In this document: positions 46,822-58,090 of the stretch, in pieces
Layout: each line of letters opens with the position of its first letter
How positions within the stretch are numbered: the first letter of the stretch is position 1
Assembly: GCA_963733635.1 (NCBI GenBank)
Contig: CAVTEH010000005.1
Coordinates: 760 to 64,759, forward strand
From: an uncultured Actinomycetota bacterium
GTDB lineage: Bacteria; Actinomycetota; UBA4738; HRBIN12
DNA: 64,000 nucleotides
Direction: 5' to 3'
The notes under the pieces: model-generated
What the model saw: only the letters and a program-made list of their open reading frames with translations
What the model was told of the DNA's origin: nothing
Databases searched by the model: none
Made by a program: the position numbers and the translations under genes

Positions 46822-46861
46822 CCACTCGGACGCCGAAGACCCGCCCCGCTCGGCGGGGAGG

Positions 46862-47211
46862 CTCCGGGACCGTCCTGCGGCCTGCGCTTCCCTCTCTGGC
46901 TCGCTTCGCTCGCTTCGTTCAGTCCAGATGCAGTCCTCCGGACGGCACCCGGATCCTTCGCCGGTTCAGCCCCTCACGCCCCGGCCACCAGCGAACCACC
47001 ACGCACACGGCCGGTGGTGGGAACGACGCGGGGTCGCGCCAGAGGCAGCATCTGGACTGAGCCATGCGAGCGAAGCGAGCGAACGAGGGAAGCGCTGCCG
47101 CCGGCGCGTGCCCCGCGGCGACCAACGTCGAGCGAGATGGTCTCGACGACCCTGGGAAGGACGGAGCCCGGAGGTCCACCGGGCTGGAGGGCAACCGGTG
47201 GGCCTCCGGGC
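46862..47211. repeat. Nested inverted-repeat element (MITE-like or structured RNA candidate)
   Basis: 48-bp imperfect IRs 46884-46931 / 47048-47095; outer IR about 46862-46876 / 47158-47173; 17-bp hairpin 47166-47211. Confidence 0.6.
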
Positions 47212-47274
47212 TAGATCTCGGAGATCGGGGTGACTCCGGACATGCTCAGCATCGTCGCGTCCGTGTGAGCGCGG

Positions 47275-47313
47275 CGTGAAGGATCGCGGGCTCGTCGTGA
47301 AGATCGCGTGAAA
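47275..47313 (+). promoter_or_regulatory. Candidate KdpE-type tandem direct repeats upstream of the second kdpD-like operon
   Basis: CGTGAAG (47275), CGTGAAG (47296), CGTGAAA (47307); 21- and 11-bp phasing. Confidence 0.5.
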
Positions 47314-47353
47314 GACGGGTCTTGCCGCACGGCCGTGGCACGATTGGCCCGAC

Positions 47354-48805
47354 ATGGGGCAGGGATCGTCCGACATCGAGAGCCGTCCGTGGCGCGGTCT
47401 CACGCTCCGCGGGGTGTTCTTCGCCGTCGTCTCGCCTGCGGCGGCAGCGGTGGCCTCGATCCCGTTCGGGCGATCCGGGACCCGCGTCGGCCATCTCGCT
47501 GTTCCTGCTGGCGATCGTGATCGCGGCGGTGGCGGGTGGCCTGTACGCGCGGGCTCATCGCCGCCCTGCTCTCGTCCTTCGCGCTGCCGTTCCTCTTCGG
47601 ATCGCAGCGGTTCCGCCTGCGGCTGGACGGCACCGAGGAGATCGTGACCGCCATCGTCTTCTTGTCCGTAGCGGTGGTGGTGGGATCTGCTCGTGGGCGG
47701 CGCCGCCGACGAGCGTGCCAGGGCGGCCCGGCACGAACGTGAGTCCCGATTGCTCGGAACCCTGTCGTCCACGCTGCTGTCGGGCGAGGTGCCCGACCGC
47801 GTCCTCGATGACTTCGCTTCAGTGCTCTTGGAGCCCTTCGGCCTGTCGAAGTGTGAGATCACGGTCGAGCTGGACGGCACGCAGCTGGTCGCACGCTCAT
47901 CGCGCCCGGAGCTCGAGTCCGGAGGGCCCGACGCGGTCGTTCCGTTGGTGGCGGGGACGGTCGCGTTCGGCACGCTGCGGGTCGAGCGGCCCCGAGGCCG
48001 TCGCGCCCTCAACGCCGACGAGCTGCTGCTGCTGGAGGCCGCCGCCAGGCAGGCCGCGGCGGCGCTGGACCGTGCTCGCTTGGACGCCCGCGCCCGCATG
48101 GCTCAGCTCGACGCCGAGACCAACCAGCTGCGTGCCGCCATGTTCAGCTCGGTGACCCACGACCTGCGCACGCCGTTGGCATCGATCAAGGCGGGCGTCA
48201 CCAGCCTGCTCGACCCCAGCGTCGAGTACGACACCGTCCAGGAGACCGAGCTGCTCACCACGATCTTGGAGGAGACCGACCGGCTGAATCGATTGGTGGG
48301 CAACATCTTGGACCTGGCGCGGATCCGCGCCGGTGCCCTGAGCCCGGTCCGCAGCGACTCGTCGTTGGAGGAGACCTTGGAAGCGGTCGTGGCCCGCATG
48401 CGGCCGCGCATCGACCTCGTGACCGTGGACCTGACCATCAGCGACGACATGCCCGACGTGCCGGTCGACGGCGTGCAGATGGACCAAGTGCTCACGAACC
48501 TGCTGGAGAACGCGGCGCGCTATGCACCCGCCGGCTCCACGGTGCGGGTCTCGGCGCAGGTGGTCGGTGACCGGGCGCAGGTTCGCGTGGTCGATCAGGG
48601 CCCCGGGGTTCCGGAAGACGACCGCGAGCGGGTGTTCGAGGCGTTCTATCGCGGCGAGCGGAGTCCGGAGATGCCGGGCAGCGGGCTCGGGCTCGCGATC
48701 GCCAACGCTATCGTGACCGCCCATGGCGGCCGCATCTGGATCGACGATGCGAGTCCGGGAGGCACGGCGGTAGTGTTCGAGATCCCGATCGAGGGGCCCC
48801 GATGA
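47354..48805 (+). CDS. KdpD-like sensor kinase lacking the N-terminal KdpD and Usp domains (frameshifts)
   Basis: DUF4118-like TMs, GAF-like segment, SVTHDLRTPLASIK, QVLTNLLENA, GSGLGLAIA. Confidence 0.9.
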
Positions 48806-49488
48806 GTTTGGTGCTGGTGGTCGATGACGAACCACAGATCCGCCGCGCCTTGCGCACCAGTCTGGAGGCACACGGCTACCAGGTCTCCACGGTCGGTACG
48901 GGCGAGGAGGGTGTGGTGGGTGCGGCGGACCAGGATCCGGATCTCCTGCTCCTCGACCTCGGCCTTCCCGACATCGATGGCACCGAGGTGATCCGGCGCG
49001 TCCGAGGGTTCTCCGATGTGCCGGTCATCGTGCTCTCGGTGCGCGAGAGCCAGAGTGACAAGGTGGCGGCCCTCGATGCCGGCGCCGACGATTACGTCAC
49101 GAAGCCGTTCGGTATGGAGGAGCTGCTCGCACGAGCACGAGCGGCGATGCGTCGCAAGCAACCGGAAGAACCCGCCATGCCGGTGCAGACCTTCGACGAT
49201 CTCGAGGTGGATCTCGCTCGCAGGCTGGTGAGCCGGGGCGGCGAGCAGGTGCACCTGACGCCCACCGAATACGGCCTGTTGGAGGCGCTGGTGACGAACC
49301 CTGGCAAGTTGCTCACCCACCAGTGGCTCTTGCGGAAGGTCTGGGGCCAGGGCTACGGCACCGAAACCACCTACCTCCGGACCTACGTCCGCGCGTTACG
49401 CAAGAAGCTGGGCGACGACGCACAGGCGCCCGGCCTCATCGTCACCGAGCCCGGCGTCGGATATCGCTGGGTCGCCGAGGCGGACTGA
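48802..49488 (+). CDS. Second KdpE-like OmpR-family response regulator
   Basis: VLVVDDEPQI, GADDYVTKPFGMEELLAR, VHLTPTEY, GKLLTHQWLL, TEPGVGYRW; intact 228 aa. Confidence 0.92.
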   Translation: MSLVLVVDDEPQIRRALRTSLEAHGYQVSTVGTGEEGVVGAADQDPDLLLLDLGLPDIDGTEVIRRVRGFSDVPVIVLSVRESQSDKVAALDAGADDYVTKPFGMEELLARARAAMRRKQPEEPAMPVQTFDDLEVDLARRLVSRGGEQVHLTPTEYGLLEALVTNPGKLLTHQWLLRKVWGQGYGTETTYLRTYVRALRKKLGDDAQAPGLIVTEPGVGYRWVAEAD

Positions 49489-49492
49489 TCCG

Positions 49493-51842
49493 ATGGTCGA
49501 ACGCGACTCCCAAAGTGGCGGCTTCATCGACGGTGTGAAGCGCCTCGTCGTCGGCAGAGCGTTGGCGAGCCACAAGGCCGACCACCAGCTGTTGCCGAAG
49601 TTCTTGGCGCTCCCGGTCTTCTCGTCCGACCCGTTGTCCTCGGTTGCCTACGCCACCGAGGAGATGATGCTGGTCCTGGTGCTGGCGGGGGCCGGCGCGT
49701 TGGCGTTCAAGATTCCGCTCGGCATCGCCGTGGCACTGCTGCTCACGATCGTGGTCACCTCGTATCGCCAGACCGTCCGGGCCTATCCGCGGGGCGGGGG
49801 CTCATACATCGTGGCTCGCGAGAACCTGGGCACGATCCCCGGGCTGGTCGCCGGCGCGGCGATCCTGACCGACTACGTCCTGACGGTGGCGGTCAGCATC
49901 ACGGCCGGCACGGTGGCGATCGCATCGGCGGCGCCGTCGGTCGAAGATCTCCGGGTGCCGATCGCGATCGGCTTGGTCATGCTCGTGATGCTGGCCAACC
50001 TCCGAGGCGTGAAGGAAGCCGGCACGTTGTTCGCCATCCCGACCTACGGGTTCGTCGCGATCGTCGCCTTGACCCTGGTGGTCGGCTTCGCTCGATGCCT
50101 CGGCGGCTGTCCGGTGGCGGCGACGGCCGACCTGGAGGTGCACGCAGAGACCGGGATCACGGTGTTCCTCTTGCTGCGTGCCTTCTCGTCGGGAGCGACC
50201 GCGCTGACGGGCGTCGAGGCGATCGCCGACGGGGTGCCGGCGTTCCGGCGGCCGCAGTCGCGCAACGCTGCGGCGACGTTGGCCATCATGGGCGCCATGG
50301 CCGTGACCCTGTTCCTCGGGCATCACCGTGATGGCCCAGCTGCTCCAGGTGCGTGTCGATGAGGAGATCGCAGCGTCGAACTCCGTGCTGTCCCAGATCG
50401 GCAGGACGATCTACGGGGACGGCATCTGGTTCATCCTGCTGCAGGTGTTCACGGCCGGCATCCTGATCCTGGCCGCCAACACCGCGTTCCAGGACTTCCC
50501 GCAGGCTCTCGTCGATCCTGGCGCGGGACGGGTTCCTGCCTTCGCAGTTCAAGAACCGCGGGGACCGACTCGTGTTCTCGAACGGGGTCGTTGATCCTGG
50601 CCGGACTCGCCGCGCTGTTGATCTGGATCTACGACGCGAACCTCACGCGGTTGATCCAGCTCTACGTCGTCGGAGTGTTCACCGCCTTCACGTTGTCGCA
50701 GTCGGGCATGGTGCTTCGCTGGTTCCGGCTGAAAGGGCCTGGGTGGCAGCGGAGCGCGCTGGTCAACGGCATCGGCGCATTCACGACCGGCGTCGTGCTG
50801 GTCATCGTCACGATCACGAAGTTCTCTCGGGGCGCGAAGGTCGTCGTCGTGGCCATCCCGATCATGGTGCTGATCTTCCTGGCGATCCACCGCCACTACC
50901 GTCGCGTGCGAGAGGTGCTCGGCAACGCAGGGTCTCGGCCCGGACCAAGGCCACGGGTTCGGCGCTGTTCCTGGTCGACGATCTCGGCCAGGCCACGCTC
51001 GACGCCATCGCCTACCTCCGAGCGGTGCGTCCTGAGCGCGTCCATGCCCTGTACGTCGGCCCCGCCGACCGGTTCGACGAGGTGGCGGCCGGCTGGGAAG
51101 CTGGCGGCTCCGCGGATCGGCACGCTCGAGCGTCTCATCGGCGCGGACCGCCACCTGGTGAGGGCCGTGCGCGCGCGGATCCGCTCGATCGAACGTCGGC
51201 CGGAGGACTTCGTGACGGTGATGATCCCCGAGGCCCTCACCCGGCGCACGCTGTGGCAGTTCCTGGTGCACCGCGAAGCGTTCCTGTTGAAGACCGCGCT
51301 CCTGTTCGAACCGGGCGTGGTCGTGACCGACATCCCCCTGGTGCCGGGTGACGATCGGCCTCGCCGACCGACGGGCGGCCGGTCGAACCCGAACGGAGCG
51401 TGGTGTTGATCCCCGTGTCGGGGGTGCATGACGCCACCGTCCGCGCGGTCGTATACGCGCGCTCCCTCCGACCCGTCTAGGTGGAGGCGATCTTCCTGAC
51501 GACGGATCTGGACGAGGTGCGCGGGTGTGATCGAAGACTGGTACGAGCGGGACCTGGACGTCCCGCTCGATCCTGGTGGAAGCCCCGTTCCGTGACATGG
51601 GTGCTCCGCTGCTGGACGAGATCCGGACCTACACCGCGCGTGGGGACACGATCGTGACGGTGGTCCTGCCCGAGCTGGTGCCCGGCACTGGTGGGGCAAC
51701 GCGCTGCACAACCAGACCGGCCTGTTCTTCAAGCGGCTCCTCCTGTTCGAGCCCGACGTCGTGGTCACCAGTGTGCCCTTCCACCTGCGCCTCGCCGGAA
51801 ACACCTGCGCCGCCATCCGCGACGGGGCCGATGGCGCCGTAG
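49493..51842 (+). CDS. KimA-like (KUP/APC) K+ permease 1 with two tandem cytosolic domains (frameshifts; in-frame TAG at 51478)
   Basis: FSSDPLSSVAYATEE, SYRQTVRAYPRGGGSY, ALTGVEAIADGVPAF, ANTAFQDFP; C-terminal WWGNALHNQT. Confidence 0.85.
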
Positions 51843-51855
51843 GCTGTCGCTCCGG

Positions 51856-54237
51856 ATGGCCAACACGACACCGCTCGCGGAACGTTCGACCGGCATCACC
51901 AAACGTCTCCTGCTGGGCAGGGCGTTCGCGAGCAGCAAGATCGAGCACACGCTGCTGCCGAAGATCCTGGCCTTGCCGGTCTTCGCCTCCGACGCGTTGT
52001 CCTCGGTCGCCTACGCCACCGGCGAGATCTTGATCGTGCTGTTCCTGGCGTCCTCTGCGCCGCAGAACTACGTGCATCCCGATCGCGGTCGCGATCTCGC
52101 TGCTCATGGCGGTCGTCGTGGTGAGCTACCGGCAGACGGTCCGTGCCTACCCGAGCGGTGGCGGCGCCTACATCGTGTCCAAGGACAATCTGGGTGCTTT
52201 CGCGGGACTGGTGGCTGCGGGCGCCTTGCTCTTCGACTACATGATGACCGTGGTGGTCTCGATCGTGGCAGGGGTGTTCGCGATCGGGTCGGCCATCCCG
52301 TGGGCGAACGAGCACAAGGTGGTGCTGGCGATCGGATTCGTGATCTTCGTGACGCTGGCCAACCTGCGGGGGGCTCGCGAATCCGGAACCCTGTTCGCGA
52401 TCCCCACGTACGGATTCGTCCTCTCGATCGCGGTGTTGGTCGGACTCGGCTTCGTGCAGTGCCTGGGCGGTTGCCCGCAGGTGCCGGTCGACGTCGAACC
52501 CCTCCACGATGCCGCGACCGCGGCCGGGGCCGTCGGCGTGTTCACGCTGCTGAAGGCGTTCTCATCGGGAGCCACTGCCCTGACCGGGGTCGAGGCGATC
52601 TCCAACGGCGTCCCCGCGTTCCGCCGGCCGCAGGCCCGCAACGCCGCCGAGACCCTCGCGATCATGGGCGCGATCGCGATCGCGATGTTCATGGGCATCT
52701 CGTGGCTGTCCACGCACGTCGAGGGCGTGATCGCTAGCGAGGAACGTTCGATCGTGGCGCAGATCGCGCTGGCGGTGTTCGGCGAAGGCAGCATCGGGTT
52801 CTTCTTCGTGCAGTTCTTCACGGCGGCGATCCTGATCCTGGCTGCCAACACCGCCTATCAGGACTTCCCACGGCTCGCCTCGATCCTGGCCCGAGACCGG
52901 TACATGCCCAGGCAGTTCGTCAACCGCGGCGACCGGCTGGTCTTCTCCAACGGCGTGATCGTGCTGGGTCTCCTGTCGTGCGTGATGATCTACATCTTCG
53001 ATGCCGACCTGAACTCGCTGATCCACCTGTACGTGGTGGGTGTGTTCACCTCGTTCACGCTGTCGCAATCGGGCATGATCAAGCACTGGATCTCCGAGGG
53101 TCGCAAGGGCGCCGCGGCGATGCCCGGGTGGCGTCGCTCGATCGTGATCAACATCGTCGGCGCGGTGGTGACCGGCGTCGTCCTGGTGGTCGTCATCGCC
53201 TCGAAGTTCCGCGACGGCGCCTGGTTGTCGATCCTGATCATGGGGCTGCTGGTGCCGGTCTTCTATTCGATCCATCGCCACTACACGAACGTCCGTGTGC
53301 AGGTCGGGGCGTCGGACCGTGCGCCCCGGGGCAGCCTCGGCCGAGCACGTCGTCCTGTTGGTGCGACAGCTCGACGCTGCGACTGCCGAGGCGCTCGGCT
53401 ACCTGCGTTCGTTCCGTCCCGACGACGTGCGGCCGGTCACTCCGGCGCGCAGCGGGGTGATCGATCCACGGATGCAGTCGCAGTGGCGCACCTTCGCCGG
53501 GAACGGCGTGCCGGACCTGATCCCGCTGACCGGACACGGCTTGTTCTCCAGCGTGCGGGAAGTACATCCAGACGATCCCGCGTGAGCCGGACGACTTCGT
53601 GACCGTGATCGTGCCGGAGTCGCTGCAGCCGCAGGGCCTGTTCCGTTACCTCCTGCGCAGCCGCGATCTGATCCGCCTGAAGGGGAGCCTGCTGCGCATC
53701 CCCAACGTCGTGGTGACCGACGCACCGGTGGTGGAGGCTCAGGGCGCACCGATCGGGGTGGACGCGCGCCCGTTGATCCCCCGGCGCACCGTGAGCCTGG
53801 TCCTGGTCAGCTCCGTGAACGACGTCTCGATCCGCGCCGTCAACTACGCCCGAGCGCTGGAAGCGAGCGAGACCCGTGCGATCTACTTCGACATGGATCC
53901 CGAGGAAGCGCACACGCTCGAGGTCGACTGGTTCGACGCGGGCATGGAGGTGCCGCTCGACATCGTGGAGGCGCCGTTCCGCGATCTGACCGCGCCGATG
54001 CTGGAGGAGGTCCGCCGCTACACCGAACGGGAAGACACCGTGGTCAACGTGATCCTGCCCGAGTACATCGTGTCGAAATGGTGGCAGCTGCCCCTGCACA
54101 ACCAGACCGCGCTGTTCGTGAAACGCTTGTTCCTGTTCGAAGAGCGCACCCTGCTGACCAGCGTCCCCTACGTCTTGGATGCCGCGGCCGTGGAGATGCC
54201 CGAACCGGCCGCCGCGTCGAGGAAGGAGCACCCATGA
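51856..54237 (+). CDS. KimA-like (KUP/APC) K+ permease 2 with two tandem cytosolic domains (frameshifts)
   Basis: FASDALSSVAYATGE, SYRQTVRAYPSGGGAY, ALTGVEAISNGVPAF, ANTAYQDFPRL; C-terminal WWQLPLHNQTA. Confidence 0.88.
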
Positions 54238-54713
54238 ACATCCGCCCTGCCACCAAGGACGACGACGAGTTCCTGAAGACCATGCTGTACGAAGCGGCCC
54301 GGTGGAACCCGGACTGGCCCCGCGAGCCCATGGAAGAGGTCCTGGACGAGCCCACCCTGCGCCGCTACCACGAGGATTGGGGTCGTGATGGTGACGGCGG
54401 GGTCATCGCCGAGATCGAGGGCATGCCGGTGGGCGCCGTCTGGTACCGGCTCTTCACCGAGGACGAGCCCGGGTTCGGGTTCGTGGACGAGAAGACGCCC
54501 GAGGTCTCGGTGGCGGTGGCGCCGTTGCATCGGCGGAAGGGCATCGGCGGCACGTTGCTGCGCGCGGCCATGGTGCAGGCCCGCGAGGAGGGCTACCGGT
54601 CGCTCTCGCTCTCGGTGGCCGTGCACAACCGCTCACGAATGATGTACCAGCGCGTGGGATTCGAGCAGGTCGGCGAGCGGGGCGAGAACTGGACGATGCT
54701 GGTCAACCTCTAG
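54234..54713 (+). CDS. GNAT family N-acetyltransferase
   Basis: VAVAPLHRRKGIGGTLL acetyl-CoA motif; ATGA overlap with permease 2. Confidence 0.9.
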   Translation: MNIRPATKDDDEFLKTMLYEAARWNPDWPREPMEEVLDEPTLRRYHEDWGRDGDGGVIAEIEGMPVGAVWYRLFTEDEPGFGFVDEKTPEVSVAVAPLHRRKGIGGTLLRAAMVQAREEGYRSLSLSVAVHNRSRMMYQRVGFEQVGERGENWTMLVNL

Positions 54714-55382
54714 TCGTCGGCCGGGGCTCGCCCCGCGGCGGCATCGAGGGCCGCATATTCCGCCCGTACCTTCGTCCAGCGCCGTCTGACGTAGACGACC
54801 ACGACGATCAGGCATGCCGCGGCGATGGCCCACGAGAACGGCTGCAGGGCCGATTCGACACGCTCCCAGCGATCGCCCAGCACATACCCCAGCCATGCCA
54901 GCGCGAACGTCCACGGCAGGCAGCCGAGCACCGTGTAAGGCGTGAACCGCCAGAAGGGCATGCGCACGACGCCCGCGGGCAACGAGATGAAGGTGCGGAT
55001 CACCGGCAACAGCCGCGAGAAGAAGACCGCGGCGTCCCCGTAGCGTTCGAACCAATCGTGGGCCTTGTCGACTTCGTGCGGACGGATCAACAGGTATCGC
55101 CCGAACCGGTCGATCAGCGGCCGGCCACCTAGGCTCCGGCCCAGTACGCGAGCCAGGAGCCGACCACGTTGCCGACGGTGCCCGCCATACCCACCCAGAA
55201 GAGCGAGAGCTCTCGCACCACGGCGCCGCGAACCCGGCTGAGGCGAGCGCTCCTCCGAACAGCATCGTGACCTCGCTGGGGATCGGGATGCATGCCGAGC
55301 TCAGCGCCATCAGGACGAACACGGCGAGGTAGCCGTAGTCACCCACGGTGGTGACGATGAAGTGATGGAGGGCGTCGAGCAA
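54710..55382 (-). CDS. DedA family membrane protein (frameshifts)
   Basis: YGYLAVFVLM...CIPIPSEVTM; FFSRLLPVIRTFISLPAG. Confidence 0.9.
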
Positions 55383-55560
55383 GGGGTTCGAATTCCGGTC
55401 CGGGCTCGGGAATATCGAAACGGTACCAGTGCGTTCAGTGGCCTCCGAGAGGGGGTATCGACCCGTGGGCCTGGTCGAACCGCAGGCGAGCGGGTGGTAC
55501 CGTCCCCGCGAACGGGCCCGGCTCGACAGATGCTCCGCGACCCGTGAAGGTGCCCCGGCC

Positions 55561-58084
55561 ATGGCCAACAAGACGCTCGTGGTCGTCGAATCGCCCGCCA
55601 AGGCGAAGACGATCGAGAAGTACCTGGGCGGCGACTACGCCGTCCGAGCCTCCTATGGCCACATCCGGGACCTGGGCAAGGGGTTCGGCGGGCTGGGCGT
55701 CGACATCGAGCACGACTTCGTGCCCGACTACGTGGTGCCCGAGGACTCGGCCCGCCACGTCGGCGAGCTGAAGAAGGTCATGAAGCTGTCCGGCGACGTC
55801 ATCCTGGCGACCGACTACGACCGCGAAGGGGAGGCCATCGCGTTCCATGTCGCCTCGCTGCTTGGGGGTCGACCCAGCGCGAGCCAAGAGGGTGACGTTC
55901 ACCGAGATCACGCGCGACGCGATCCTGGCGGCGTTCCAGGAGCCGCGCGAGATCGACCTGCAGCTCGTTCGACGCCCAGGAGGCCCGTCGCATCCTCGAC
56001 CGCTTGGTGGGGTTCCGCATCTCGCCGATCCTGTGGAAGCGTGTCCGCCCTGGCCTGTCCGCCGGCGTGTGCAGTCGGTGGCCGTGCGGCTCATCGTGGA
56101 GCGCGAGCGCGAGATCCGCGCGTTCAACCCCGTGGAGTACTGGAGCGTCGACGTTCGCCTCACGCCCGACGACATCGGAGCAGCCGTTCACCGCCCGGCT
56201 CAACCAGATCCCCGAGGGCAAGCTCGCCGCCTCGCCCGACAAGAAGGGCGTGCTGCTCGCCGCCGAGGCCGACGCCGCCGACCCACGTCGAACGGCTGGG
56301 CCGGGCCGCCTATCGCGTCACCAACGTCGAGCGCAAGGAGCGCAAGCGTTCCCCCTCGCCGCCGTTCACGACCTCGACCCTGCAACAGGAAGCCGCGCGC
56401 AAGCTGGGGTTCGGCGCGCGCAAGACGATGTCGGTGGCCCAGCGCCTGTACGAAGGCATCACGCTGCCGGGCGAGGGCAGCGTCGGGCTCATCACCTACA
56501 TGCGAACCGACTCGGTCACGATCAGCGACACGGCGCTGCGCGAGATCGCCGAGCTGGTGAAGACCGACTTCGGCAAGGAGTACTCACTGGCCGAGTTCCG
56601 CCGGTACAAGACGCGGTCTCGCAACGCCCAAGAGGCGCACGAAGCGGTGCGGCCCACCAGCGTGATGCGCTCCCCCAGCCGCATGGCCAGCGTGCTCGAC
56701 CACGACCAGCTCAGGCTCTACACGTTGATCTGGCAGCGCACGATGGCCACGCAGATGGCCGACGCCCGCTTCAACCAGGTGGGGGTGGACATCGCCGCGG
56801 TCGTGGCCGACCGCAGAACGGCGATGCCGGGGACGTCACGTACGGGTTGCGCGCCACGGGCCAGACCATGATCTTCGACGGGTTCATCCGGGTCTACAAG
56901 GAAGGCCGAGACGAAGGTCCCGACGAGGACGCCGAGAAGACGCTTGCCCGAGCTCACCGCCGAGCAGCTCCTGCGCATGCTCGAGGTGGTGCCCGAGCAG
57001 CACTTCACCCAGCCACCGCCGCGCTACTGCGAAGCCTCGCTGGTCAAGACGCTGGAGGAGCTCGGCATCGGCCGGCCTTCCACCTACGCGTCGATCATCG
57101 ACACGATCCAACGGCGTCAGTACGTGACGCTGGAGGACAAGCGCTTCACGCCCACCGACACGGGCGAGGTCGTCACCGACAAGCTGATCGAGCATTTCCC
57201 CGACGTCGTCGACGTCACTTTCACCGCGTTCATGGAGAAGGAGCTCGACGACATCGCCGTGGGTGAGCTGGGCAAGGTCCAGATGCTCCACGAGTTCAAC
57301 GGCCCGTTCGAACGCGCGTTGGAGAAGGCCGACCACGCGTTCGAGCGGTTCAGCGAGGAGCTGGACGAGGAATGCCCGCTGTGTCCCACCGAGGGCCGTG
57401 ATCCCGGCAACGCTCGAGGTCAAGCTGGGGCGCTACGGCAAGTTCGTCGGGTGCACGAACTACCCGGACTGCCGGTACATCCGCAACATGGACGGCAGCG
57501 TGCGTCCCGAGCCCGAGATGCTCGACGAGACCTGCCCCGAGTGCGGCAAGCAGCTCCAGAAGAAGGTGGGCCGCTTCGGTCCGTTCACCGGATGCAGCGG
57601 CTACCCCGACTGCAAGTACATCAAGAAGGACCCGCCCGTCTCGACCGGCGTCACGTGCCCGCAGTGCGGCCAGGGCGAGCTGATCGAGAAGCGCAGCCGG
57701 TTCGGCACGATGTTCTACAGCTGCAGCCGCTACCCCGACTGCGATTGCGCCGTGGGCAACCCGCCCGAGAAGGACCGCCCATGTCCCGAATGCGGCTCGT
57801 TGCTGCTCCGCCGCCCCAAGTCGCTGCGATGCTGGGGCTGCGGCGCCGAGCTCGATCTGGAGTCTCAACGTGACGAAGTCCGGCGACGTCGCAGGCCGAG
57901 ACCGCCGCACGCGAGGCGAAGGCGGTGGCCAAGGCCGCCCGCGCCGCCGCCAAGAAGCCGACAGCCAAGAAGCCGCCAGCCAAGAAGAAGCCGCACGACG
58001 AAGAAGAAGACCAACGCGCCAAGAAGCGGACGGCGAAGACGACGTCGGCGGCTCGCAAGAAGCCGGCGGCCGACGGAGGGCTAG
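55561..58084 (+). CDS. topA: DNA topoisomerase I with Zn-ribbon repeats and Lys-rich tail (frameshifts)
   Basis: [49 protein letters not shown], several CxxC ribbons. Confidence 0.95.
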
Positions 58085-58090
58085 GCGCCC

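Noticed and set aside
51478-51480. In-frame TAG in KimA-like permease 1 as possible recoding or domain split
   Set aside because: The paralogue is open at the equivalent position and the error rate is high; most likely a base-call error
55381-55400. GGGGTTCGAATTCC resembling a tRNA T-loop
   Set aside because: T-stem pairing is incomplete, there is no D or anticodon arm, and it abuts the dedA start
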